Below are positions 22,436 to 32,304 of a stretch of DNA of 64,000 nt, piece by piece. The stretch lies in NCBI GenBank assembly GCA_038132575.1, contig JAYPRP010000005.1, forward strand, positions 879-64,878. Direction: 5' to 3'. Both the position numbers and the translations under genes were made by a program. The number at the start of each line of letters is the position of its first letter. The stretch's first letter is position 1. The notes beneath the pieces are model-generated. The model saw only the letters and a list, made by a program, of their open reading frames with translations, was not told where the DNA came from and did no database searches. This DNA comes from Rhodospirillaceae bacterium (lineage in GTDB: Bacteria > Pseudomonadota > Alphaproteobacteria > UBA6615).

Positions 22436-24358
22436 ATGAGCAAGTCCCCCGCCAGCAAGCCGCAGAAATCACGCAAGGCGCCCGAACCGGCGCCGTCGTC
22501 CCTCCTGTGGCGTGTCACGAAATGGTCCCTCGTGCTCGGCATCTGGGGCGGACTCGCCCTTGCGGGTACGCTCGCATGGTTCGCCTGGAACCTGCCGTCC
22601 GTCGACGCGCTGGGCCCGACCACGGACAAGGCGCGCCGGCCGGGAGTCACCATCCTTGCATCGGACGGATCGCTCGTTGCCGGTTATGGCGACCTCTACG
22701 GCGCGCGCCTCACCGTCAACGAGCTGCCGCCCCAGCTTGTTCAGGCCGTGGTCGCCATCGAGGACCGGCGCTTCTTCGAGCATCCCGGGGTCGATCTGCG
22801 TGGCATTCTCCGGGCGGCCATCGCCAACCTGCGTGCCGGCGGCGTCGTCCAGGGTGGCTCGACCCTCACCCAGCAGCTCGCAAAGAATCTGTTCCTGACA
22901 CCGGAACGTTCGTTGGATCGGAAGATTCGCGAACTCATTCTTGCCTTCAACCTGGAGCGTCGGTTCGAGAAGAACGAACTTCTTACGATCTACCTGAACC
23001 GGGTCTATCTCGGGGCGGGGACCTACGGCGTGGAGGCAGCGGCGCGGCGCTATTTCGGAGCCTCCGCGCGCGATATCGACACCTACCAGGCCGCGCTCCT
23101 GGCGGGCCTGTTGCGCGCGCCGTCACGGCTGAACCCGGACAGCAGCGAGGCCCGCGCGCACGAGCGCACACGCACCGTTCTGCGGGCGATGGCGGACGCG
23201 GGCTTCCTGACCGAGGAAGAGGCCGAAAAGATTGGCGCAACCCGCCGGCCCGGCCGGGGCGATGGTGCGTTGCCGCGCCCGCGCGTGACCGGCGAGGCGC
23301 GCCGCTACTTCGCCGACTGGGCGCTCGAGCGTGCCGCCGGCTATGCCGGCAGCACCGGCGTTGACCTGGCGGTCGAGACGACCCTGGATCCTGCACTCCA
23401 GGCGCGGGTCGAGGCGGCTGTCCGGCGGGCCGACACGAAAGGCTCTCAGGTCGCGCTGGTCGCCATGCGCAGCGACGGCGCGGTGCTCGCCATGATCGGC
23501 GGGCGCCGATACGGCGAGAGCCAGTTCAACCGGGTAACCCGGGCGCAGCGCCAGCCCGGGTCGGCTTTCAAGCCGATCGTCTATCTGCCGGCACTCGAGT
23601 CCGGGATGACCCCGGACAGCAAGGTTCTCGATGCCGCCATCACCGTCGATGGCTGGACGCCCCGGAACTTCTCCGGGAGCTTCCGCGGCGAGGTGACCCT
23701 GCGTGAGGCGGTCGCGCGTTCACTGAATACCGTTGCGGTGCGGGTGTCGGAGGATGTCGGCCGCGGCCGGGTGATCCAGTCCGCGCGGCGGCTCGGCATC
23801 ACGGCACCCCTGACGCCGCATCCGTCGATCGCGCTGGGCGCCGGCGAGGTCACGCCGCTCGAGCTCACCGCCGCCTACGCCGTCTTCGCCAACGGCGGCT
23901 TCGCGGTCGAACCCTATGGCGTGACGGAGGTCCGCCAGGGCGGCGAGGTGGTGTTCCGCCGCCCCGCGCGCGCGCCCCGTCGCGTCGTCGAGGCGGATGC
24001 GGCGGCGCACATGACCGAGATGCTGCGTGCGGTCATCGCGTGGGGCACGGGCAAGGCCGCGAAGATCGACCGTCCGGCGGCGGGCAAATCCGGCACCAGC
24101 CAGGACTTTCGCGACGCTTGGTTCGTCGGTTTTGCCGGCGACCTGGTGGTCACGGTATGGGTCGGGAACGACGACAACACGCCGACCCGACGGATCACGG
24201 GCTCGAGCATCCCGGCCGCGATCTGGAAGGATTTCATGTCCGCGCCGCCAGCCGCCGCGGTGGCACGGCCGTCCCCGCCGCGCGCCCCGGCGCCGGAGGC
24301 CGCGCGGCCCGGCCGCGCACGGTTCGACCCGACCTTCATCGATCGCCAGACCGACTAG
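22436..24358 (+). CDS. Class A penicillin-binding protein (GT51 transglycosylase plus transpeptidase)
   Basis: N-terminal TM segment; GT51 motifs (EDRRFFEH, GGSTLTQQ); transpeptidase SxxK (SAFKP), SxN (SLNT) and KSGT. Confidence 0.85.
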   Translation: MSKSPASKPQKSRKAPEPAPSSLLWRVTKWSLVLGIWGGLALAGTLAWFAWNLPSVDALGPTTDKARRPGVTILASDGSLVAGYGDLYGARLTVNELPPQLVQAVVAIEDRRFFEHPGVDLRGILRAAIANLRAGGVVQGGSTLTQQLAKNLFLTPERSLDRKIRELILAFNLERRFEKNELLTIYLNRVYLGAGTYGVEAAARRYFGASARDIDTYQAALLAGLLRAPSRLNPDSSEARAHERTRTVLRAMADAGFLTEEEAEKIGATRRPGRGDGALPRPRVTGEARRYFADWALERAAGYAGSTGVDLAVETTLDPALQARVEAAVRRADTKGSQVALVAMRSDGAVLAMIGGRRYGESQFNRVTRAQRQPGSAFKPIVYLPALESGMTPDSKVLDAAITVDGWTPRNFSGSFRGEVTLREAVARSLNTVAVRVSEDVGRGRVIQSARRLGITAPLTPHPSIALGAGEVTPLELTAAYAVFANGGFAVEPYGVTEVRQGGEVVFRRPARAPRRVVEADAAAHMTEMLRAVIAWGTGKAAKIDRPAAGKSGTSQDFRDAWFVGFAGDLVVTVWVGNDDNTPTRRITGSSIPAAIWKDFMSAPPAAAVARPSPPRAPAPEAARPGRARFDPTFIDRQTD

Positions 24359-24368
24359 CGCGCTGCGA

Positions 24369-25592
24369 TCAGGCCGTGCCGCGCCGAAGCGGCACCCACA
24401 CGAACAGGATGAAGACCAGGAAGGCGAAGACGCCGGAAGTCCCCATGATGGTTGCCAGCAGGAATGTCTGGTCGAATGCGAACAGCGCCAGCACCATCGA
24501 GAGCAGGCCGGCGGATACGTACTGGGCGAGCCCGAGAAGCGAAGCCGCCGCCCCCGCCATCTGGGGATAGGGCGAAATCGCGCCGGCCTGGATGTTGGGC
24601 TGGGACATCCCCATTCCGAAGAAGTAGACGATCGTCGGGACGATGATCGACCAGATCGAGATCACGTCCGACCAGATCAGCACGAAGACCAACGCGCCAC
24701 CCGCTGCGGTGAAGAAGGTCCCGGCAAGGCACATGCGCTCGACACCGGCGTAGCGCACGATCCGGCTGCCGAGAAACGCGCCGGACATGAAGCCGACGGA
24801 CGCGGCGCCGAACGAAAGGCCGAAACTGGTCGGCGACATGCCGAGCTGATCCACCAGCACGAAGGAGGCACCGAGGAGGTAGGCGAACAGTCCCGAGAAG
24901 TTGCCCATGACCGTGAGCACGTATCCCAGATAGGCCCGGTTCGAGAGCATCGTTGCGAAGTTACGCAGCATCTGCCCGATCCGGGTTGCGGTCGGGTCGA
25001 GATTCCGGTTCGTTTCCGGCAGCAACACGATCACGAGCAGCATTGCGCTGGCACCGAACCCCGTCAGCACCCAGAAGTTGGCGCGCCAGCCGAGCCAGAC
25101 CACGATGAAGCCGCCCAGGACGGGCGCGACGACCGGCGCGATGGCGACGACGGTCGTCACCACCGAGTACATCCGTGCCGCCTCCTCGCGGGTGAACATG
25201 TCGCGGACGACGGCGCGCGCGACCACCGGCGCCGCGGCGGCGCCGATCGACTGGAACAGCCGGAACACGATGAGCTGCTCGACCGTGGTGGCAAGTGCGC
25301 AGGCGACGCTCGCGACGAGGTAGATGGAGGTGCCGATCATGATCGTCGGCTTGCGCCCGAAACGGTCCGAGATGGGGCCGAAGATCGTCTGGGAGAGCGC
25401 AAACCCGACCATGTAGACGCTGAGCGTGAGCTGAATGGACTCGGCATCCGTCGCTAGGTCCCGGGCCATGATCGGGAAGGCCGGCAAATAGAGATCGATG
25501 GTCATTGGTGCGAAGGAGGCCAACAGGCCGAGCAGGAGCGTCATCGCGAGCCGGCCGGGCATCGGCGTTCCTGGCTGCGTGGCGCTGCTCAT
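24369..25592 (-). CDS. Bcr/CflA-family MFS drug-resistance transporter
   Basis: 12-TM MFS with motif A (GPISDRFGRKP). Start MSSATQPG confirmed in DNA; the remainder of ORF 24369..26546 is a read-through in a non-coding frame. Confidence 0.85.
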   Translation of the reverse strand: MSSATQPGTPMPGRLAMTLLLGLLASFAPMTIDLYLPAFPIMARDLATDAESIQLTLSVYMVGFALSQTIFGPISDRFGRKPTIMIGTSIYLVASVACALATTVEQLIVFRLFQSIGAAAAPVVARAVVRDMFTREEAARMYSVVTTVVAIAPVVAPVLGGFIVVWLGWRANFWVLTGFGASAMLLVIVLLPETNRNLDPTATRIGQMLRNFATMLSNRAYLGYVLTVMGNFSGLFAYLLGASFVLVDQLGMSPTSFGLSFGAASVGFMSGAFLGSRIVRYAGVERMCLAGTFFTAAGGALVFVLIWSDVISIWSIIVPTIVYFFGMGMSQPNIQAGAISPYPQMAGAAASLLGLAQYVSAGLLSMVLALFAFDQTFLLATIMGTSGVFAFLVFILFVWVPLRRGTA

Positions 25593-26239
25593 CGCAATTC
25601 GATCGTTTCGCCGCTCGCCGCGGCCGCGTCGTCGGGGTCGTGGGTGACCAGCAGGGTCGGGATGCCGTTGGCGCGGGCGTGCTCGAACGCGAAGGTCCGT
25701 ATCCGGTCGCGCAGTTCTGCGTCGAGTTTCGAGAAGGGCTCGTCCAGAAGGAGCGCGCGCGGTTCGGAGAGCAGGGTGCGCATCAGCGCCACCCGGGTCC
25801 GCTGTCCGCCCGACAGGGTGGCCGGGTCGCGGTCGGTCATGTCCGCCAAGCCGGCCTCGTCCAGCGCGGCCTCGATTTTCTCCCGGCGCGCCGCGTGTCC
25901 GCGGATTTCCGGCGTGAGGCCGAATGCGAGGTTCTCGCCCACCGACAGGTGCGGGAAGAGAAGGTCGTCCTGAAACAGGATGCCGATCCGGCGGCGGTCG
26001 GGCGGCAGCCCGTCCAGCGGTTCGCCCGCCAGGCTGATCCGGCCCGCCGGTGTGAAGGCCGGTGCGAGGGTCCCGCAGATATGCGCGAGTAGCGATGATT
26101 TTCCGCAGCCGCTCGGCCCCATCACCGTGGCCGCCTCTCCGGCGCGTACCGTCAGGCTGAGCGGCGTGAACAGACGCGCGCCATCGAGGCTCAGGGACAC
26201 GTCGCGCAGTTCGAGGGAGGTATCGTCGCCGGGCGGCAT
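25589..26239 (-). CDS. Short orphan ABC-transporter ATP-binding protein
   Basis: Walker A GPSGCGKSS, signature LSGGQRTRV, Walker B LLLDEPFSKLD, H-loop THD. The stop overlaps the Bcr start (ATGA). An alternative TTG start lies at 26263. Confidence 0.75.
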   Translation of the reverse strand: MPPGDDTSLELRDVSLSLDGARLFTPLSLTVRAGEAATVMGPSGCGKSSLLAHICGTLAPAFTPAGRISLAGEPLDGLPPDRRRIGILFQDDLLFPHLSVGENLAFGLTPEIRGHAARREKIEAALDEAGLADMTDRDPATLSGGQRTRVALMRTLLSEPRALLLDEPFSKLDAELRDRIRTFAFEHARANGIPTLLVTHDPDDAAAASGETIELR

Positions 26240-26473
26240 TTCGGCAGGGTCCGGTCGGAGCAAGGGTGCAGAATACCCAGAATACCGGCGAAATCATGCG
26301 ACGCCAGCCCCGTGGCATGGTTTGTCGGAATGCCGGAGATGCACCGGATTGCTTTACGGCCCCGGGCGCAACCGATATGACGGATGTGAACCCGGCCACA
26401 ACACGCGCCCGGGACGGTTTGCACGGGGGAAACGCGAATGCCGGGATCGGTCCCACCACGCACGGGTGCCAGC

Positions 26474-27355
26474 ATGTGGCTGCCCCTCGTCCTCCTGCTG
26501 GTGCTCGGTGCCATCTGGGGCGGCAACCCGGCCTTCTCCAAGGCACTGGTGACCAACGGCATCTCGCCGCCGGCCGTCGTGTTCTGGCAAACGCTCGGCG
26601 CCGGAATCCTGCTCTCGATCGTCTGTCTCGTCCGGCGCACGCCCATCCGGCTCAACCGCCGCGCCGTCATCTACTATATCGTGATCGGCATGGTCGGGAT
26701 CGATCTCGCCTACATCATGCTCGTCTTCTCGGTGCGCCACCTGACCGTCGGTTACGTCTCGGTGCTGGTCCTGTTTTCACCGCTTCTCACCTATGTCTTC
26801 GCCATCCTTCTGCGGGTCGAGCGGATTAACCTGCTGCGGGGGCTTGGAATCCTGGTCGGCTTTGCCGGTGCCGGTGTGCTCGTGATCCCGGACGGCAGCC
26901 TGCCGTCGCCGGACCTGCTGGGGGTCGCGCTGCTCGCCTTCATCGTGCCGGCGGGCTACGCCACCGCAAACATCTACGCCGAATGGGGGCGGCCCCAGAA
27001 TGTCGACAACGTTGCGCTGGCCGCCGGGACCATGTTCGCCGCGGCGGGCGGGGCGCTGGCGGTGTCCCTGATCGACGGCAGCTTCCACCCGGTCTGGGAG
27101 GATTTCGCCCATCGCGAGATGATCCTGTTCGGCTTCGCGCTCGCCACGGCCATCGCGTTCCTGATGTTCTACCTGATCGTCGCGCTCGCCGGCGCCGTCT
27201 ACCTGGGCCAGGTGGGATATATCGTGACCCTCGCGGGTGTCGGCTGGGGCGTCCTGTTCTTCGGCGAGAGCGTACCGGTCATGCTCTGGGTGGCGATCGC
27301 GATCGTCGGCGTCGGCGTCGGGCTGGTCAATCTGGGCAAGAAGACACCGGCATGA
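26474..27355 (+). CDS. DMT-superfamily (EamA-like) transporter, copy 1
   Basis: 10 predicted TM helices with two EamA-like halves; start MWLPLVLLL. Confidence 0.8.
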   Translation: MWLPLVLLLVLGAIWGGNPAFSKALVTNGISPPAVVFWQTLGAGILLSIVCLVRRTPIRLNRRAVIYYIVIGMVGIDLAYIMLVFSVRHLTVGYVSVLVLFSPLLTYVFAILLRVERINLLRGLGILVGFAGAGVLVIPDGSLPSPDLLGVALLAFIVPAGYATANIYAEWGRPQNVDNVALAAGTMFAAAGGALAVSLIDGSFHPVWEDFAHREMILFGFALATAIAFLMFYLIVALAGAVYLGQVGYIVTLAGVGWGVLFFGESVPVMLWVAIAIVGVGVGLVNLGKKTPA

Positions 27356-27404
27356 GCCGCACGCCAGTCGCTGATTTCTCGCGGGTGCGCCGGGGGCCGC
27401 ACGC

Positions 27405-28313
27405 ATGAACGTCCGCACGCTCCCCCTCGTCCTCCTGGTGACCCTCAGCCTGATCTGGGGGCTCGGGCCCTCCATCGTGAAGTTCATCGCCCTCGACGGC
27501 GTCCCTCCGCTCGGCATGGTCGTCTGGCAGACCGGCCTGGCGGGCGTCATCCTGTTCGGGATCTGCGCGCTGCGCGGTGTGCGGATCGGTTTGGACCGAA
27601 AGCATCTGCGTTACTACCTCGCCATGGGCTGGATCGGTCTCGCGCTTCCCAACACCAACATGGTCTTCGTGATGCGCGAGCTCCCGGTCGCGCTGATGGG
27701 CGTGATCATCATCACCGCGCCCGTGATCACCTATGTCGTGGCGTTGATTATCAGGCTCGAGGCATTCTCGCCGCTGCGGGCGGCGGGGGTGGTGCTCGGC
27801 TTCGCGGGGGCGGCGGTACTCGTCCTGCCGAGCGGCAGCCTGCCGACGCCGGAGATGCTGCCGATCGCGCTGCTCGCCTTCGTCACGCCTGCGCTGTGGG
27901 CGACCAGCAACGTGATCGCCGAGGTCTGGCGGCCCGAGGACGGCGATACGTTCGCGCTCGCCATGGGGACGATGTTTGCGGCCGCGTCCGGGGCCGTTAT
28001 CGTCGCGCTGGCGACGGATGCGTTCCACCCGATCTGGCAGGATTTCGGGGTGAGCGACTGGGTGATCCTGCTCTATGCCGGGACCACCGTTTGTGCCTTC
28101 GCGCTGTTCTACACGATCGTCAAGCTGGCCGGCGCGGTGTACCTGGCCCAGGTGGGGTACCTGGTCCCGATCATGGGGGTCGGCTGGGGTGCCTGGTTCT
28201 ACGGCGAGGAGCCGACGGTCTGGCTGTGGCTGGCCATGGCGCTCGTGTTCGCCGGGGTCGCGCTGGTCAACCTGGGCAAGCGCGCGCCGGCTGACGGGGA
28301 GACGTCCGACTAG
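27405..28313 (+). CDS. DMT-superfamily (EamA-like) transporter, copy 2 (tandem paralogue)
   Basis: Clear colinear similarity to copy 1 (LPLVLLV..IWG..; AGAVYLAQVGYLVPIMGVGWGAWFYGE..LVNLGKRAPA). Confidence 0.8.
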   Translation: MNVRTLPLVLLVTLSLIWGLGPSIVKFIALDGVPPLGMVVWQTGLAGVILFGICALRGVRIGLDRKHLRYYLAMGWIGLALPNTNMVFVMRELPVALMGVIIITAPVITYVVALIIRLEAFSPLRAAGVVLGFAGAAVLVLPSGSLPTPEMLPIALLAFVTPALWATSNVIAEVWRPEDGDTFALAMGTMFAAASGAVIVALATDAFHPIWQDFGVSDWVILLYAGTTVCAFALFYTIVKLAGAVYLAQVGYLVPIMGVGWGAWFYGEEPTVWLWLAMALVFAGVALVNLGKRAPADGETSD

Positions 28314-29215
28314 GCGGCGAGCTCGAACCGCGCGGCCGCTAGCCGCTCGCTCACCGTCGCCAGGTCCGCCTCGCTGCCCGGCGTGAAGGGCGGGCGCAGG
28401 TTTGCGAAGTCGGGATTGTTTCGCGCCCGCGCGATGTACGCCTTCATAACCGGGATCGCCGGCAGGCCCTTGAAAGCCATGCGCAGCTCGGTCAGGTGGT
28501 TCTGGAGCGCGTCGGCATTGTCGCCCCGCCAGTTGGCGAAGACATCCTGGGCTTGCGGCGCCGTCACGTTCACGGTCGCGGAGATGCAGCCGACGGCGCC
28601 CTCGCGGAGCCCGGCCAGCAGGAACTCCTCGGAGCCGGGGAACAGCCGGAACCCCGGGATTTCCGCAAGGGTCCGCTCCATGCGCGGCCAGTCACCGGAG
28701 GAATCCTTCGACCCGACGACCGTGTCGGGATAGGCCTCGACCAGCCGCGCCATCAGGCTGATCGGCAGCTCGAAGCCCACCTGCTGGGGAAAGTTGTAGA
28801 GGTAGATCTGGAGCGCGGGATCGCCGACCCGCTCGATCACCTCGGCATAGGCCGCGAACAGCCCGTCCTCACTGGGTGCCTTGTAGTAGAAGGGCGGGAG
28901 CATCAGAACGCCGCCCGCGCCGTTGGCGAGCGCCTTTCGGGTGAGGGCGACCGTGTCCGGAATTGCGGTGCAGCCAACACCTGCGATGAGTTGCGCGCCG
29001 GTGATGCCCGCGTCGGCCAGCGCGTCCAGCAGGGTGAGCCGTTCGTCGAGCGAAAGCGAGTTTGCCTCGCCGGTCGTGCCGAGCGGCGCGATTCCGTCGC
29101 AGCCGTTCGCCAACAGCCACTTGCTGTGCGCGACCGCGCCCGGCACATCGATATCGACGTCGGCGGTCATTGGCGTGAGCGAGGCGGCGAAAACGCCAGC
29201 GGGCTGGGTGGTCAT
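28310..29215 (-). CDS. Dihydrodipicolinate synthase/N-acetylneuraminate lyase-family protein
   Basis: DHDPS-family TIM barrel (GTTGEANSLS, Schiff-base Lys context GSKDSSGD). Start MTTQPAGVF confirmed. Confidence 0.8.
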   Translation of the reverse strand: MTTQPAGVFAASLTPMTADVDIDVPGAVAHSKWLLANGCDGIAPLGTTGEANSLSLDERLTLLDALADAGITGAQLIAGVGCTAIPDTVALTRKALANGAGGVLMLPPFYYKAPSEDGLFAAYAEVIERVGDPALQIYLYNFPQQVGFELPISLMARLVEAYPDTVVGSKDSSGDWPRMERTLAEIPGFRLFPGSEEFLLAGLREGAVGCISATVNVTAPQAQDVFANWRGDNADALQNHLTELRMAFKGLPAIPVMKAYIARARNNPDFANLRPPFTPGSEADLATVSERLAAARFELAA

Positions 29216-29259
29216 GGCTTCTCTCCTGTATCTCAGAACCGGTTTTACACCGGGCTTCC

Positions 29260-29760
29260 TCAATCTGTCTCCGGGTCTTTCGCCGGTGCGCCCAACGGCG
29301 GCATCCCGTTCTCGAGGCCCCGGTTCAGTTCGCGCACAACATGGGCTTCGAGGTCATCGACCATGTCCTCGTTGATCGCCTTGCCGCGCACGGATGCGCC
29401 CGAGCTGTGGACCGTCGCGCGGTCGCCGGACACGAGCGGATGCCACCAGTAGAGGTCCTTGCCTTCGGCCAGGAGCCGGTAGGCGCATGTCTCGGGCATC
29501 CAGCGCAATTCCGCGATGTTGTCGGGCGACACCTTCACGCAGTCCGGCACATTGCGGCTGCGGTTCCTGTAGTCCGTGCAACGGCAGGTGTCGTGGTCGA
29601 GATAGCGGCAGGCGACGTCGGTGAGCGCGAATTCGCCGGTGTCGGCGTCCTCGAGCTTGAACAGGCAGCACTGGCCGCACCCGTCGCACAGGGACTCCCA
29701 CTCCTCCTCGTCCATCTCGGCGAGGGTCTTCGATTTCCAAAAGGGCTGCGACACGGTCAT
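29260..29760 (-). CDS. ycgN: YcgN-family (UPF0260) cysteine-cluster protein
   Basis: CDGCGQCC...C..C.C cysteine cluster typical of UPF0260. Its ATG overlaps the cobB stop (ATGA). Confidence 0.8.
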   Translation of the reverse strand: MTVSQPFWKSKTLAEMDEEEWESLCDGCGQCCLFKLEDADTGEFALTDVACRYLDHDTCRCTDYRNRSRNVPDCVKVSPDNIAELRWMPETCAYRLLAEGKDLYWWHPLVSGDRATVHSSGASVRGKAINEDMVDDLEAHVVRELNRGLENGMPPLGAPAKDPETD

Positions 29761-31097
29761 GGCTCGGCTCTGTCGATCAGGTGGACGAACGATCCCGACA
29801 CTGTACCGGCAACGGCACCCGCCGGTCCCAGCGGTTCGCCGCGCGCGTTTTCGGCCGCGAACAGCGGCGTATCCGTCTGTTCCTCCAGGATCGAGGCGTA
29901 GTGGAACTCGTGGCCGCGGAAACCGGTTCCGGCGGTCCCGAGCGGGCCGTCACGGTGCAGGCGCGCGACCCTGTAGCCGAGGTGCAGGCGGCGGTCGGCG
30001 AAGCTCGTCTCGAGCGGCAGCAGTCCGGCCATGGTGTGGCGCGCGCCGTCGGCGTCCACGAGGCTCCGGCCGAGGACCATGTAGCCGCCGCACTCGCCGA
30101 AGATCGCCGTGCCGCACCCGGCCGCGTCGCGCAGTCCGCCGAGAAATGCGTTCGCGCCCGCGAGTACGCCGGCGTGAAGCTCGGGATACCCGCCCGGAAG
30201 ATAGACGGCGCCGGCCGATCGGTCCGGCGGTTCGTCGGCCAGCGGCGAGAAGGTCGTGATCTCGGCGCCCGCGGCGTGCCAGCCGTCCAGGACCGCGGGG
30301 TAGCAGAAGGCGAACGCCCGGTCGCGCGCCACCGCGATGCGCTGTGCGAGGGGTGGAACTGCCGTCGTGGCGCCGGGGGCAGAGGCGAGTCTGCATGGCG
30401 TTGCCAGCGCAGTCAGCGCTGCAAGGTCGATCTGCTCGCTGACGGCCCGGGCCGCGGTCTCGAGGAATTTCTCCAGTTCCTCGTGTTCGCCCGCCTGGAC
30501 GAGGCCCAGGTGGCGTTCGGGCACGGCGAGTGCCGGATCGCGCATGACCGTGCCCAGAATTTGTATCTCGGGTGCGGCAGCCGCCGTTGCGGCGGCAAGG
30601 ACATCGACATGGGCCTTGCTCGCGACCCGGTTGAAGACCACCCCGGCGACGCGAACATCGGCGCGATGGGCGGCGAAGCCGCGCACCAGCGCGCCGACGC
30701 TGGCGGCTTGTCTGCCGGCATCGACGACGAGGATCACCGGCCAGCCCGTGAGGGTGGCCAGGTCGGCGGTGGAGCCCGCATCGGGGCGTTCGGGCAGGTG
30801 GACCCCGTCGAACAGGCCCATGACGCCCTCGACGATGACAGGCCTGGAGGTATCGGTCGCCGGGCCCGACAGCAGGCCGGACAGGGTCTCCGCCCGCATC
30901 GCCCAGGGATCGAGATTGTATGCGGGCGCCCCGCTCGCCGCGGCATGGAATGCCGGGTCGATGTAGTCGGGGCCGGCCTTGGCGCCGATGGCCGGTGTGC
31001 CGGCGTTGCGCAGTGCGCGGAGCAGGCCGAGCGTGAGCACGGTCTTGCCGCTACCCGATGCGGGCGCGGCGACGATCAGGCCTCGGGGTGCTGTCAT
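29757..31097 (-). CDS. cobB: Cobyrinate a,c-diamide synthase
   Basis: N-terminal ATP-binding [10 protein letters not shown] and a C-terminal glutamine amidotransferase domain (catalytic Cys context [10 protein letters not shown]). Confidence 0.9.
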   Translation of the reverse strand: MTAPRGLIVAAPASGSGKTVLTLGLLRALRNAGTPAIGAKAGPDYIDPAFHAAASGAPAYNLDPWAMRAETLSGLLSGPATDTSRPVIVEGVMGLFDGVHLPERPDAGSTADLATLTGWPVILVVDAGRQAASVGALVRGFAAHRADVRVAGVVFNRVASKAHVDVLAAATAAAAPEIQILGTVMRDPALAVPERHLGLVQAGEHEELEKFLETAARAVSEQIDLAALTALATPCRLASAPGATTAVPPLAQRIAVARDRAFAFCYPAVLDGWHAAGAEITTFSPLADEPPDRSAGAVYLPGGYPELHAGVLAGANAFLGGLRDAAGCGTAIFGECGGYMVLGRSLVDADGARHTMAGLLPLETSFADRRLHLGYRVARLHRDGPLGTAGTGFRGHEFHYASILEEQTDTPLFAAENARGEPLGPAGAVAGTVSGSFVHLIDRAEP

Positions 31098-31121
31098 GGG
31101 AGCGTGTTCATGCCGGCGCGG

Positions 31122-31421
31122 TCAGGCGGTGACCAGGGAGGCGATGCCCGCGATCATAACCGGCCATGCCACCACCGGCCCGGCGAACGCGCGCAGATGC
31201 CGTTGCTGGGGCGAGATTCCCAGCATGTGCAGGACCCCGGCGAGCGCGCCCAGTCCGATGATCCCGGCATTGAGGCGCCCGGGCAGGCCGAGCGTCCGGC
31301 CAGAGATCTCGGGATAGGCGAACACGGTCGCGATCGAAACCAGCACGAGCGCCGCGGACACGATGCGGGGAATCATGGACGGCGTGTCGGGTTCCGGCGT
31401 CCGGATGCGGTCAGACCGCAT
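31122..31421 (-). CDS. Small hypothetical membrane protein (about 100 aa, 3 TM) between cobA and cobB
   Basis: ORF 31122..31568 (-); the plausible start MRSDR overlaps the cobA stop by about 11 nt. Hydrophobic helices IVSAALVLVSIATVFAY, AGIIGLGALAGVLHMLGI, VVAWPVMIAGIASLVTA. Confidence 0.45.
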   Translation of the reverse strand: MRSDRIRTPEPDTPSMIPRIVSAALVLVSIATVFAYPEISGRTLGLPGRLNAGIIGLGALAGVLHMLGISPQQRHLRAFAGPVVAWPVMIAGIASLVTA

Positions 31422-32244
31422 CGCGTATGTCTCCCTGTCCCAGGGGATCGGGCTCGAGGACACGTCCCGACAGCGCGCCCAGCCAGTCGAGGCCGTCGCG
31501 CAGCCGCACAACCTCGCCGACGACGAAGAGCGCGGGCGGTGACACCGATGACGCGTCACGCTTGGCATCGGCCAGCGTGGTCTCGACGACGTGCTGGGCG
31601 TCGGTGGTGGCGTGCGCGACCAGCGCCGCCGGGGTGTCGGGCGCGAGCTTGGCGCCGGTCAGCCGGTCGATGATCTCGTCGATGTGCTTGAGCGCCATGT
31701 AGAAGACGAGGACCTGCGCGCCCGCGGCCAGGGCGGCCCAGTCCAGCTCGTCGGGGACCTTGCCCGACAGGTTGTGACCGGTCACGAAGGTGACGGCGGT
31801 GGCCGTCGCGCGATGGGTCATCGGAATGCCGGCATAGGCGAGCCCGCCGACCGCGGCCGTAACACCCGGTATCACCCGGAACGGGATGTCCGCGGCGACC
31901 AGCGCGAGGGCTTCCTCGCCGCCGCGCCCGAACAGGAATGGATCGCCCCCCTTCAGGCGCAGGACGCGTTTGCCCTGGCGGGCCAGGGTGACGAGACGGG
32001 CCGAGATGTCGGGCTGCTTCGGGGACGGCTTGCCGCCGCGCTTGCCCGCGTAGATCCGTTCGGCCTGCGGTCCCGCGAGCGCGAGAATTCGCGGGTCGAC
32101 CAAAGCGTCGTGCACCACCACATCCGCCTCCCGGAGCGCGTGGAGCGCACCTACGGTCAGCAGCGCAGGGTCGCCGGGGCCGGCGCCCACGAGCCAGACC
32201 CAGCCGGGCCGGAATACGGGGAGATCAAGATCCGCGAAGTTCAT
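31411..32244 (-). CDS. cobA: Uroporphyrinogen-III C-methyltransferase (SUMT)
   Basis: VWLVGAGPGDPALLT, GKRVLRLKGGDPFLFGRGGEE tetrapyrrole methylase motifs. Confidence 0.9.
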   Translation of the reverse strand: MNFADLDLPVFRPGWVWLVGAGPGDPALLTVGALHALREADVVVHDALVDPRILALAGPQAERIYAGKRGGKPSPKQPDISARLVTLARQGKRVLRLKGGDPFLFGRGGEEALALVAADIPFRVIPGVTAAVGGLAYAGIPMTHRATATAVTFVTGHNLSGKVPDELDWAALAAGAQVLVFYMALKHIDEIIDRLTGAKLAPDTPAALVAHATTDAQHVVETTLADAKRDASSVSPPALFVVGEVVRLRDGLDWLGALSGRVLEPDPLGQGDIRDAV

Positions 32245-32304
32245 GCCGTGAAGCTAGCGCCGCGCCGCTGGCCCGGCAACCACACAGGGCGCTACGATGG
32301 GCGC

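Noticed and set aside
24369-26546. 725-aa ORF spanning the Bcr transporter and ABC ATPase region
   Set aside because: Only the C-terminal 408 aa are MFS-like. The upstream portion is a read-through in a non-coding frame. The ATPase is in a different frame with its own start.
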